The position numbers and the translations under genes were made by a program. This document shows positions 42,474-51,702 of a DNA stretch of 64,000 nt, piece by piece. This DNA comes from an uncultured Candidatus Rokubacteria bacterium (lineage in GTDB: Bacteria > Methylomirabilota > Methylomirabilia > Rokubacteriales > CSP1-6). How positions within the stretch are numbered: position 1 is the stretch's first letter; each line of letters opens with the position of its first letter. The stretch is from positions 1-64,000 of the forward strand of contig CAVWWD010000001.1 of the NCBI GenBank assembly GCA_963758635.1, in the 5' to 3' direction. Below the pieces are notes generated by a model. The model was not told the origin of the DNA, searched no databases, and saw nothing but the letters and a program-made list of their open reading frames with translations.

Positions 42474-42932
42474 ATGTCCGACGCGACCAATACCGTCCGT
42501 CTCCACCGCGTGCTGCGCGCGCCTGCCGAACGGGTGTATCGAGCGTTCCTCGATCCCGACGCCATGGCGAAGTGGCTTCCGCCGCATGGGTTCACCGGCA
42601 AGGTCCACGAAATGGACGCCCGTGTCGGAGGCGGCTACCGGATGTCGTTCACGAACTTCAACACCGGCAAGAGCCACTCGTTCGGCGGGACGTACGTCGA
42701 GCTCACGCCCCACGAGCGCATCCGCTACACGGACCGGTTCGAGGACCCCGGTCTGCCGGGCGAGATGCGCGTCACGATCACGCTCAGGACGGTCGCGTGC
42801 GGAACCGACATCGAGATCGTCCAGGAAGGGGTGCCGGCGGCGATTCCCGTCGAGTTCTGCTATCTCGGGTGGCAGGAATCGCTGGCGCTGCTCGCCCATG
42901 TCGTCGAGCCCGAGATCCCGGACGGACCGTAG
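42474..42932 (+). CDS. SRPBCC/AHSA1 family protein
   Basis: VRLHRVLRAP.ERVYRAF.DP.A.AKWLPP, GW.ESL. Confidence 0.9.
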   Translation: MSDATNTVRLHRVLRAPAERVYRAFLDPDAMAKWLPPHGFTGKVHEMDARVGGGYRMSFTNFNTGKSHSFGGTYVELTPHERIRYTDRFEDPGLPGEMRVTITLRTVACGTDIEIVQEGVPAAIPVEFCYLGWQESLALLAHVVEPEIPDGP

Positions 42933-42997
42933 CCCGTCTCCGGTCGCGAGGCGGGGCGGGCGCGCGCGCCAGGTCGGGCGCGGCGCGCTCGCCCGCC

Positions 42998-43498
42998 TCA
43001 GTCGCGCGCCGGCGCCTGGGCGGCCGTGACGAGCGTGGGCTGGACGAGTCGCACGAGATCGGCGGTGGCGAGACCGACCAGGTAGCCGCGCTTGCCGCCG
43101 TTGACGAACACGCGGTCGAGGCCGGTGATGGTGGCCTCCATGAGGATCGGCAGCGGCTTTCGGAGTCCCAGCGGCGAGGTGCCTCCCACCCGATAGCCGG
43201 AGTGACGCTCGGCCACGTCGGGCGGGCATGGGCTCACGCTCCCGGCTCCCACGGCCCGGGCGAGTGCCCGCGTGGACACCTCCCGGTCGCCGTGCATCAG
43301 CACCACGAGCGGTGCGCGGCGATCGTCTTGCATCACCAGCGTCTTGATCACCGCATGCTCGGGCAGCCCGAGCGCCTCGGCGGCCCACGCGGTCCCGCCG
43401 TGCTCGCGGTACTCGTAGTGATGGTCGGTGAACGGGACGCCCTCGGCCAGGAGCCGCCGCACGGCGGCGCTCATCGGGCGCTCGGCCTTCCCGCTCAT
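42998..43498 (-). CDS. ybaK: YbaK/EbsC family aminoacyl-tRNA deacylase
   Basis: VIKTLV (conserved Lys), GY.VGGTSPLG, NGGKRG. Confidence 0.88.
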   Translation of the reverse strand: MSGKAERPMSAAVRRLLAEGVPFTDHHYEYREHGGTAWAAEALGLPEHAVIKTLVMQDDRRAPLVVLMHGDREVSTRALARAVGAGSVSPCPPDVAERHSGYRVGGTSPLGLRKPLPILMEATITGLDRVFVNGGKRGYLVGLATADLVRLVQPTLVTAAQAPARD

Positions 43499-43537
43499 CG
43501 CCGCTCTATCGTACCCTTGCCGGACAGGAGGATCACG

Positions 43538-44113
43538 ATGAAGCCCGTCACCGACATCAAGGAGCTGTTCCGCAGCCAGCGCGCCATCCGGAACTTCACC
43601 AGCGAGGACGTTCCGGACGCGCTCGTCGCGGAGGTGCTGACCGCGGCGATCCACGGCCCGTCCGGCTCCAACACCCAGCCGTGGCATTTCATCGTCATCC
43701 GCGACCCCGCGGTCAAGCAGGCGGTCAGCGAGGCGTACGAGGAGGCGCGGGCCGAGACCTACCGCGATCGGCCGCCGGCCGTGGGCGGGGCGCGCCAGCC
43801 GCTGTCGGCCGCGCCGGTGCTGATCGTCGCCTGCGTCAATACGCCGGCCTCCGGTCAGGCGGGATTCCAGACCGGCGCGTCGATCTACCCGAGCGTCCAG
43901 AACCTCATGCTGGCGGCGCGCGCCCTCGGGCTCGGGACCGTCCTCACGACGCTGCATCGGCGACGCAAGGCGCGGATCCACGAGATCCTCGGCATCCCCG
44001 ACAACGTCGAGAGCGCGGCGATCATCCCGCTCGGGTGGCCGGACCGCGAGTACGGGCCCAACCGGCGCCCGCCGCTCGAGCGATTCGTCATGCGCGACCG
44101 CTGGCGCGGCTAG
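43538..44113 (+). CDS. Nitroreductase family protein
   Basis: RAIRNF, PSGSNTQPWHFIV, QNLMLAARALGLG, IPLGWP. Confidence 0.9.
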   Translation: MKPVTDIKELFRSQRAIRNFTSEDVPDALVAEVLTAAIHGPSGSNTQPWHFIVIRDPAVKQAVSEAYEEARAETYRDRPPAVGGARQPLSAAPVLIVACVNTPASGQAGFQTGASIYPSVQNLMLAARALGLGTVLTTLHRRRKARIHEILGIPDNVESAAIIPLGWPDREYGPNRRPPLERFVMRDRWRG

Positions 44114-44189
44114 CGGGGCTCGCTCGAGCGCGCAGGGCCTGGCCACCGCGACGAGCGGGCGCCGGCTCGAGCCCGAGGCGGGGCGGGGA

Positions 44190-45242
44190 CTACCGCGCGG
44201 CCGGCGCCGGGGCCTCGCGGAAGGCGGGCATCACGTCGCGCGCGAAGCGGCGCAGGCTCTCGCGCCCGCGGGCGCCGCCGCCGGAGCCGCCGCCGTTGAT
44301 CAGCACGTAGCCCACGCCGGCCTCGCGCAGCTCCTCGAGCTTCTCGGCGATCTCATCGGGCGAGCCGTACATCGCGCTGACCACGTTGATGGTCCGCGGA
44401 TCGCCGGTGGCGCGGTCCGGGCCGCCGTGGACGGTGCCGTCGGGCCGGGTCGCCAGCTTGAGCTGCCGGACGCGGTTCTGCAGGCGACGCTCCAGGGCGG
44501 CCTCGCGCTCCTGCGCGCTGTCGGCCACGAAGAACGCGCGGGTCACCCCGACCTGCAGCGGGTCGAAGCGGCGGCCGCGGGACTCGACCTCGGACCGGTA
44601 GGTGGCGATGTGCGCGGCCACATCGGCGGGCGAGGCGTACTGGCCCAGGAGGAGGTTGAAGCCCTGGGCGGCCACGCGGCGGACCGAGCGCTCGCTGCCC
44701 GCGCCCATCCAGATCTGCGGGTGCGGGCGCTGCGCGGGCGGCGGCTCGACGACGATGTTGTCGAATGCCCAGTACCTGCCCCGGTGCGAGAACGGCTCGT
44801 CGGCCGTCCACGCCTTGAGCATGACCTCGAGGCACTCGTCGAAGCGCGCGTCGGCCTCCTCCATCGGGACGTGGAAGCCCGCGAACTCGTTGTAGCGGTA
44901 GCCCTTGCCGATGCCGAAGTCGAGCCGCCCGCCGGAGAGCAGGTCGAGGGTGGCGGCCTGCTCGGCGAGCAGCACCGGGTTGTGCCAGGGCAGCACGATG
45001 ACCGCGGTGCCGAGGCGCAGCCGGCGCGTGCGCGCGCCGAGCCAGGTCAGCAGGTTGAGCGTGGCCGAGACCTGCCCGTAGCCGGTGAAGTGGTGCTCGA
45101 CGACGAAGGTGCTGTGAAAGCCGAGCGACTCCGCCTCGACGTTGTAGTCGATGAAGTCGCGGAACCCCTCGCTGCTGTCGAACTCCGCGCCGCCGCGGCG
45201 CGCCGAGGCGCTACCGAACAGGCCGAATTCCATCGTTGTCAC
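44190..45242 (-). CDS. LLM class flavin-dependent oxidoreductase
   Basis: EHHF, LRLGTAV.VLP.HNP.LLAEQ.ATLD.LSGGR, GSPDE. Confidence 0.9.
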   Translation of the reverse strand: MTTMEFGLFGSASARRGGAEFDSSEGFRDFIDYNVEAESLGFHSTFVVEHHFTGYGQVSATLNLLTWLGARTRRLRLGTAVIVLPWHNPVLLAEQAATLDLLSGGRLDFGIGKGYRYNEFAGFHVPMEEADARFDECLEVMLKAWTADEPFSHRGRYWAFDNIVVEPPPAQRPHPQIWMGAGSERSVRRVAAQGFNLLLGQYASPADVAAHIATYRSEVESRGRRFDPLQVGVTRAFFVADSAQEREAALERRLQNRVRQLKLATRPDGTVHGGPDRATGDPRTINVVSAMYGSPDEIAEKLEELREAGVGYVLINGGGSGGGARGRESLRRFARDVMPAFREAPAPAAR

Positions 45243-45393
45243 CCCTGTCGCGGGTTCACCGCACGCTGACGCCGCCGTCGCGGGACCGACGGGTCGGGCT
45301 CGCCAGCCCGGCTATCATACCGTCCTCTCCCCTGGGGCTCACCGCCGGGACGCTCCGCCGGGCGCGCGTGCACGGCCGTGCGATACTGCCGCC

Positions 45394-45567
45394 ATGGCCG
45401 ACCCCCTGTGCCTGGAGTGCGCGCGACCGATCCTGCCCGGCGAGGCGAAAGCGACCGTCCAGCAGGTCGACGCCTGCACGCTCGCCGTGGAGCACCTGCC
45501 CTACCACTCGACGTGCTGGGAGCGGAAGAACCGGGGCGCGCGCAGCGAGGATACCGGCGCACGCTAG
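45394..45567 (+). CDS. Small putative zinc-binding protein (57 aa)
   Basis: MADPLCLECARPILPGE...YHSTCW, a CxxC...HxxC pattern; GATACT -10-like box 6 nt upstream. Confidence 0.55.
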   Translation: MADPLCLECARPILPGEAKATVQQVDACTLAVEHLPYHSTCWERKNRGARSEDTGAR

Positions 45568-45629
45568 CAGCCGGCGCCCCCGCGATCTCGGACGTCACGT
45601 CGGACGGCCAGGTCCCGGACGGGCAGATC

Positions 45630-45998
45630 TCAGACCGCCAGGGCCATGCCGTCGTGGCCCGGATCGGCGCCGCCGGTCCAGGTCCCGCCGTCGATCTTGA
45701 TCGCGTGCACGGCGGCGAAGGCATAGCTCAGGTAGCTCCGCGCCACCGTGTAGCCCTGCTGCTCCAGCTCGCGCGTCACCGAGCGCGGCACGCGGTTGGA
45801 CACGTCGATCACGTCGCTGGTCGCGGAGTAGACCTGCATGCTGCCGAAGCCGGCGATGCCCGCCATCATCGGGTCGACCACGCCCTGGACGAGCGCGCAG
45901 GCGATGGCGGCGTCCACCGCGTTGCCGCCGTTCCGGAGCATCTCGGCGCCGGCCTCGACGGCCTCGGGCTGGGGGGCGACGATCATGCCGTGAGCCAT
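45630..45998 (-). pseudogene. ggt: Gamma-glutamyltransferase with a large in-frame internal deletion
   Basis: GGT N-terminus (A.EAG..ML..GGNAVDAA..VVDP...GIAG) is joined directly to the GGT C-terminus (..GGADP..DG.A) in 122 aa. Confidence 0.8.
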
Positions 45999-46074
45999 CG
46001 GTCGTGATCCTCCGCGGAGCGTGGGAGCGACACGAACGTGAGCGACACATTATAGTCGGACGAGGACGCCCGCC

Positions 46075-47202
46075 ATGGCGCGAATCGACCTGGTCAACGT
46101 GTGCAAGACGCTGTCCGAGCGGGGCGCGGGCCGAGCGGCTCCCGAGGAGACGCTGGTGCCCGGGGCCCCCCGCGCGCGCGGCGGAGCGTTCTCCATCGAG
46201 AACCTGAACCTCACCGTGCCCGACGGCAAGACCATGGTGGTCCTCGGGCCGAGCGGATGCGGGAAGACCACGCTCCTGAAGCTCATCGCCGGGCTGATCC
46301 CGCTCGACTCCGGCCAGGTGCGGTTCAACGGCGTCAACGTGAAGGACGTGGGCACGGGCCAGCGGCGGATCGGCATGGTGTTCCAGAACTACGCGCTCTA
46401 TCCGCACTACACGTCGCGGTGGAACATCCTGTCCTACTTCCTGTTCCGCCGGAAGACGCCCTCGCTCACCGCGTTGGCGGAGGAGAAGTATCGCCGCACC
46501 AGCGAGCTGATGGGCGTCGAGCTGGAGCACCTGCTGGATCGAATGCCCAGCACGCTGTCCGGCGGCGAGAAGCAGCGGGTGGCGCTCGGCCGCTGCATCA
46601 CCCGGAACGCCGAGGTGTTCCTCGTCGACGAGCCCTTCGCCAACCTCGACCAGGCGCTCCGGGAGCGCTATCGCGTCAATCTGAAGGCGCTGCTGCGGCA
46701 GTTCGACATCACGACCGTCTACGTGACCCACGACCACAACGAGGCCCTGGTCCTCGCCGACCTCATCGCGGTGATGACCCGGGGCCGCATCGAGCAGGTC
46801 GGCACGTTCCAGGAGCTCTACGACGAGCCGCACAACGTGTACGTGGCCGCCTTCCTGAACGTGCACACGGACACCCCGCCCATCAGCCTGCTCGCGCCCC
46901 GGCCGCTGCCGGGCGCGCCGCGACGCGGGCCGGTGCAGGTCGGCGTCCGCCCGGAAGACGTGGAGGTGTCCACGTCGGAGCGCGCGGACGGCGTGCGCGG
47001 GGTCGTCGCCGGCGGGCTCCGGCTTGCCATGAAGCACGCCACCGTCCTCACCATCAGCGTGGGCCCGGACGAGATCCACGCGCGAGTCCCCGACGCCGAA
47101 CCCCTCGCGACCGGCACCCCGGTGTGGCTGACGTTCCGCCGGCAGCACCTCTTCGATCCGGAGACCGGCACGCGGCTCGCGACGGTTCCCGAGACGCGTT
47201 GA
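46075..47202 (+). CDS. ABC transporter ATP-binding protein (MalK-like) with no adjacent permease
   Basis: [38 protein letters not shown]-terminal TOBE-like region. Confidence 0.9.
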   Translation: MARIDLVNVCKTLSERGAGRAAPEETLVPGAPRARGGAFSIENLNLTVPDGKTMVVLGPSGCGKTTLLKLIAGLIPLDSGQVRFNGVNVKDVGTGQRRIGMVFQNYALYPHYTSRWNILSYFLFRRKTPSLTALAEEKYRRTSELMGVELEHLLDRMPSTLSGGEKQRVALGRCITRNAEVFLVDEPFANLDQALRERYRVNLKALLRQFDITTVYVTHDHNEALVLADLIAVMTRGRIEQVGTFQELYDEPHNVYVAAFLNVHTDTPPISLLAPRPLPGAPRRGPVQVGVRPEDVEVSTSERADGVRGVVAGGLRLAMKHATVLTISVGPDEIHARVPDAEPLATGTPVWLTFRRQHLFDPETGTRLATVPETR

Positions 47203-47236
47203 CCACGAGCATGACCGTCGCCGGGAGGAGGCGTAC

Positions 47237-48019
47237 ATGACGGACGAGCACGGGCTGGAAGGCCGCCGGGCGCTGGTGACGGGCGGCACTCAGGGGATTG
47301 GGGCGGCGGTGGTGGAGCGGCTGCGCGAGGCGAGAGTGAAGGTGCTCACCACCGCGCGAACGCGCCCTGCCGAGCTCAGCGAGCCGGAGCTGTTCGTCGC
47401 CGCGGACGTCGCGACCGCCGAGGGCTGCAGCGCCGTGGCCGCGGCGGTTGGCCAACGCCTGGGCGGCGTCGACATCATCGTCCACGTCGTCGGTGGCTCG
47501 TCGGCGCCGGCAGGCGGGTTCGCGATGCTCGACGACGCCGAATGGCAACGCGCGCTCGATCAGAACCTGCTTCCGGCCGTCCGGCTGGATCGGGCCCTGC
47601 TGCCAGCCATGCTGGCCCAGAGAGAGGGCGTGATCGTCCACGTCACGTCGATCCAGCGGCAGTTGCCGTTGCCCGAGGCCACCATCGCGTACGCGGCGGC
47701 CAAGGCCGCGCTGTCGAACTACAGCAAAGCGCTCTCGAAGGAGGTGAGTCCGAAGGGCGTTCGTGTCGTGAGGGTCTCGCCAGGATGGGTGGAGACGGAG
47801 GCGGCGGTGCGGCTCGTCACCGAGCTGGCTCGGAAGGCCGGCACCGACTACGCGGGCGCGCGGCAGGGTCTGATGGACTCGCTCGGCGGGATTCCGATCG
47901 GACGGCCCGCTCGGCCCGCGGAAGTTGCGGACCTCGTCGCGTTCCTCGTCTCGCCACGCGCGGCTTCCATTACCGGCGCCGAATACGTGATCGACGGTGG
48001 CACCGTGCCGACCACGTGA
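47237..48019 (+). CDS. Short-chain dehydrogenase/reductase
   Basis: [17 protein letters not shown]. Confidence 0.92.
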   Translation: MTDEHGLEGRRALVTGGTQGIGAAVVERLREARVKVLTTARTRPAELSEPELFVAADVATAEGCSAVAAAVGQRLGGVDIIVHVVGGSSAPAGGFAMLDDAEWQRALDQNLLPAVRLDRALLPAMLAQREGVIVHVTSIQRQLPLPEATIAYAAAKAALSNYSKALSKEVSPKGVRVVRVSPGWVETEAAVRLVTELARKAGTDYAGARQGLMDSLGGIPIGRPARPAEVADLVAFLVSPRAASITGAEYVIDGGTVPTT

Positions 48020-48108
48020 GAGCGGCTTCCGGCCTGACCTCGACTCTGCCCTGGTGGTACAAGGGAGTGGAGCTGGCCGGAGGCGATCATCGGAGAGGAG
48101 ACGCACAC

Positions 48109-49050
48109 ATGGCGACACCGAGCGCGCGCGACACCGTCATCCGTCAGATCGTCGAGACCATGCGGCTGCTGGCCGGCCCGCACCCAGGCTTCCGTCCCGT
48201 CCACGCCAAGGGCGTCGTCTGCGCGGGAACGTTCCGCGCGGCGGCGGCGGCGCCGCGCGTCAGCCGCGCGCCCCACTTCGCCGGCCCGCCCGTCGCGACG
48301 ACCATCAGGTTCGCCCACGGCGCCGGGAACCCCGGCGTGCACGATGGCGCCCCCGGCGTGCGCTCGATGGCCGTGAAGTTCGCGCTGGACGGGGGCAAGA
48401 GCGCCGACATCCTCGGCAACTCCGTGGACGGATTCATGGCGCGGACGCCCGAGGAGCTGCTCGAGTTCCTGCGGGCGCAGCTCCCCGATCCCGCCACCGG
48501 CCGGCCCGATCCGAACGCCCTTCCCCGGTTCCTCGGCGCGCATCCCGCGGCTCGGGCCTTCGTGGAGCGCGTGGGGAAGCGGGCCGTCCCGGCCAGCTAC
48601 GCGCAGGTCACCTACCACGCGGAGCACGCGTTCCGCTTCACGTCCGCAGACGGCGCGAGCCGCTTCGGCCGCTATCGTTTCGTGCCGGCGGCCGGTGAGG
48701 CGTTCCTCTCGCCCGACGACGCCGGCGCGCGCGACCCGAGCTTCCTGCGCGCGGAGCTGGAGAGCCGGCTCCGCGCCGGGCCGGTGAGCTTCCGCCTGCT
48801 GCTCCAGCTCGCCGCCGACCGCGATCCGACCGACGACGTCACCGCGCTGTGGCCCGAGGACCGCGAGCTGGTCGAGCTCGGGCGTCTCGAAGTCACCGGC
48901 ATCTCGGCGACGAGCCCGGCCGACGAGCGGCGCTTGATCTTCGATCCGACGAACCGGACGGACGGCATCGACCTGTCGGCCGATCCGATCCTGCTCGCCC
49001 GATCGGCGGCGTACGCGATCTCGTACGAGGAACGCACCAAGGCGCCCTGA
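48109..49050 (+). CDS. Catalase-related heme peroxidase (SrpA-like)
   Basis: RPVHAKG, RF, RSMAVKF, W..DR..V.LG.L, SADP.L.ARS.AY proximal Tyr motif. Confidence 0.88.
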   Translation: MATPSARDTVIRQIVETMRLLAGPHPGFRPVHAKGVVCAGTFRAAAAAPRVSRAPHFAGPPVATTIRFAHGAGNPGVHDGAPGVRSMAVKFALDGGKSADILGNSVDGFMARTPEELLEFLRAQLPDPATGRPDPNALPRFLGAHPAARAFVERVGKRAVPASYAQVTYHAEHAFRFTSADGASRFGRYRFVPAAGEAFLSPDDAGARDPSFLRAELESRLRAGPVSFRLLLQLAADRDPTDDVTALWPEDRELVELGRLEVTGISATSPADERRLIFDPTNRTDGIDLSADPILLARSAAYAISYEERTKAP

Positions 49051-49183
49051 ACGGGCGCGCGGCTCAGCGGTCCGACGACGAGGGCAACGGTTGAGGCTCC
49101 GGCGTCTCAGTGGGGACGCCGTGGCGCCACAGGCGGGTGCTCGATGCGCCGCCAAGTATGTCGTTTGCCGTGCGTCTTCGCTG

Positions 49184-49199
49184 TGGCACTGCCGTTGCA
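49184..49199 (+). promoter_or_regulatory. Sigma54 (-24/-12) promoter
   Basis: TGGCACTGCCGTTGCA, a consensus match upstream of the USP gene. Confidence 0.8.
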
Positions 49200-49250
49200 C
49201 TCTGTGGCGGCCCAGGGAGACGCCTGATGAGATCGATGCGGTGGTAAGGA

Positions 49251-50134
49251 GTGAAGGTCCTGGCACGGCCCACGTCCTGGCGGCTTCTCCATCCCACCGA
49301 CCTGTCTCCCGCCAGCGACGTCGCCTTCGCGCACGCGCTCAAGATCGCCCTGCTGACGGGCGGGGAGCTGCGCATCCTCCACGTCGCGGGATCGGAGGGA
49401 GGCGTGGGCCCGACGGGCTTTCCCAGCGTGCGCGAGACGCTCGAGCGCTGGGCCGTGCTGCCCGCGGGGAGCGCGGAGTCCGCGGTGGGGGCGCGCGGGA
49501 TCACCGTGGACGAGGTCGAGGTGCTCGGGGCCGATCCGGTGAGGCGACGGTGGATCTCCTGGCCCGTCACGCCGCCGACGTGGTCGTGATGGCCACGCAT
49601 CGTCGCGACGGCTTCGCGCGCTGGCGCGAGCCGAGCGTGGCCGAGGCCATCGCGCGCCATGCCGGCGAGATCGCGCTGTTCGTCCCCGAGGCCGCCGCGA
49701 GCTTCGTGTCGCCGGTCACCGGGATGCTCAGCCTGCGCCGGATCCTCATCCCCGTCGACCACGCGCCGTCGCCCCAGCCGGCGGTCGACGCGGCGGCGGC
49801 GATGGCGTCGCTGGCCGGAGACGAGCATGTCACGCTGAGGCTGCTCCACATCGGCGCCGGGCCCATGCCCCCGATGGAGACCCGCGACCACGACACGTGG
49901 ACCTGGGAGCGACGGACCGAGCCCGGCGCGCCGGTGGAGGCGCTGGTCACGGCGGTCCAGCGCTGGGAGCCGGACCTGGTCGTCATGAGCACCGAGGGCC
50001 GCCATGGCCTCATGGATGCTCTGCGCGGCAGCACGACCGAGCGCGTGCTCCGCTCGGCGACGTGTCCGCTGCTGGCCGTCTCGGGCAGCGCGCGCGCCCT
50101 TCCCCGCCTGCACGCCCTCGGGCGCCAGGATTGA
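49251..50134 (+). CDS. Universal stress protein, two domains (frameshift near 49545)
   Basis: LHPTDLS..S..AF.HA; ILIPVD; DLVVM...GRHG...LRGSTTERVLR...CP.L.V. Confidence 0.85.
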
Positions 50135-50179
50135 TTCAGAGGTCTGTGGCGCCTTGACGATGGAGATTTGCGCGGCGCG

Positions 50180-50872
50180 TCAGGCAGCGTCCAGTAATCG
50201 ACGATTCCGGCCGTTGTCCGAAGTCGCGTCACCAGTCGCGCCCTTGGCCGGGATGCCCGCCACGACGTGGCCTCGCCACCGCTGGCGACGCCCGTATCTG
50301 AACAGAACGTACCCGATCAGCGCGACGACAATGACGAGCCCGAGCGCCTGTCCGAGGGAGCTCGCTCGGGCGCCGATCAGGGCGATGCCGTCGCTGAAGA
50401 AGTACCCGGCCGACAGCCACGTACCAGCCCAGAGGAGCACGCCGGCCAGGTCGTACAGGGCGAAGCGCAGTCTGGTGACGCCGAACACGCCAGCGAGCGG
50501 CGGCATGACGGTGGTCAGGCCAGGGACGAACTTCGCGACCAGTATGCTCCGGGCGCCGTGGCGGGCGAAGGCCGCCTCCGCCCGGCGCCGGCAATCTTCT
50601 GGCTTGGACGACCATCGGTAGAGTCTGACCAGCACATCGTTGCCCAGTCGGCGGCCGACCTCATACCAGGCCAGGTCGGTCAAAAGTGCCGCCAGAGAAA
50701 TGGCCGCGAGGACGATCAGGACGTTGACGCGGCCGTGCGCGGCCAGGGCCCCCATCGCGAGGAGGGCAGGGACGGCAGGAAGCGGAATGCCGATCTGTTC
50801 GGCGACGGTCAGGGCCGGCAGGATGAAAATGCCGTAGTGCTCGAAAAACTCCAGATTTTCGACTGGGTTCAT
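50180..50872 (-). CDS. DedA/VTT domain membrane protein
   Basis: EQIGIPLPA.P.LL..GAL, D..WY..GR, AKFVPG. Confidence 0.85.
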   Translation of the reverse strand: MNPVENLEFFEHYGIFILPALTVAEQIGIPLPAVPALLAMGALAAHGRVNVLIVLAAISLAALLTDLAWYEVGRRLGNDVLVRLYRWSSKPEDCRRRAEAAFARHGARSILVAKFVPGLTTVMPPLAGVFGVTRLRFALYDLAGVLLWAGTWLSAGYFFSDGIALIGARASSLGQALGLVIVVALIGYVLFRYGRRQRWRGHVVAGIPAKGATGDATSDNGRNRRLLDAA

Positions 50873-51031
50873 CGCCTGGTCCTCGTCGTGCGGAGTCCCC
50901 GGGATTACCGTTGCGACTCGCGACCAGCGGAGCGGACACGTATGCGACCCGGCCTCCCTGCACGAATGTCTCGATCGCGGCCGGCTCGTTCACCCCATTG
51001 GAGCGAGACCACGCCCCACCTCTGATGCAGG

Positions 51032-51047
51032 AGCAATGATCGTGCCC
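51032..51047 (-). promoter_or_regulatory. Sigma54 (-24/-12) promoter
   Basis: GGGCACGATCATTGCT on the minus strand upstream of the DedA gene. Confidence 0.65.
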
Positions 51048-51299
51048 GCGCCGGTCGAGTACCTTCAGCCGCTCGAGGCGTGCCGCTTACAGGCTGCCGA
51101 CGGAGGAGCCGCCGTCCGCGTCAGGGTCGTGACGCGCGCCTGATCCCACCACCAGAACGGTCTGGGCCATGCCGAGGAACAGGCCGGTGCCGACCACTCC
51201 GGGAACCGCCCGGAATGGCGTAAGCTGAGCGGCGCCGCACGCAAGCGGCGGTCGCCGGCCGTCGCCACGCGCTAACCCATATGCGGGAGGATCGACTCC

Positions 51300-51608
51300 A
51301 TGGCTCAGAAGAAGCCGACGGTGTACGAGTTCATTCCCAAGCTCGGAAAGCTCCGCGACGAGGTCCTGTTCGGCGACGTCTGGGAGCATCCCGACCTCAG
51401 CAAGCGTGACCGCAGCCTCATCACGGTGGCGATCCTCGCCGCGCTCTACCGCACCGACGAGATGCGGGGTCACATGCAGCGGGCGCTGGACAACGGGGTG
51501 ACGGAGACCGAGCTGAAGGGGCTCATCACCCACGTGGCCTTCTATGGCGGCTGGCCCTGCGCCGTCAACGCGGGCCGCGTCGCCATCGACGTCTTCGGGC
51601 CGAAGTAG
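51300..51608 (+). CDS. Carboxymuconolactone decarboxylase family protein
   Basis: LFGDVWE...LS.RDRSLIT.A.L, H..RAL.NG, H.AFY.GWP. Confidence 0.9.
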   Translation: MAQKKPTVYEFIPKLGKLRDEVLFGDVWEHPDLSKRDRSLITVAILAALYRTDEMRGHMQRALDNGVTETELKGLITHVAFYGGWPCAVNAGRVAIDVFGPK

Positions 51609-51632
51609 CGGCTCGGATCCACTGGGGTGCGT

Positions 51633-51660
51633 CCCCCTCCCAGCCTCGGCTGGGAGGGGG
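51633..51660. terminator. GC-rich hairpin between convergent genes
   Basis: CCCCCTCCCAGCC-TC-GGCTGGGAGGGGG, a perfect 13-bp inverted repeat with no U-tract. Confidence 0.5.
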
Positions 51661-51702
51661 GCGGCGCGGATTCCCGCTCCCGGTGGCGAGCGAGCGGACG
51701 GA

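Noticed and set aside
51065..51290. Short ORFs or a structured RNA between DedA and the CMD gene
   Set aside because: No convincing start signals, family motif or recognisable RNA fold.
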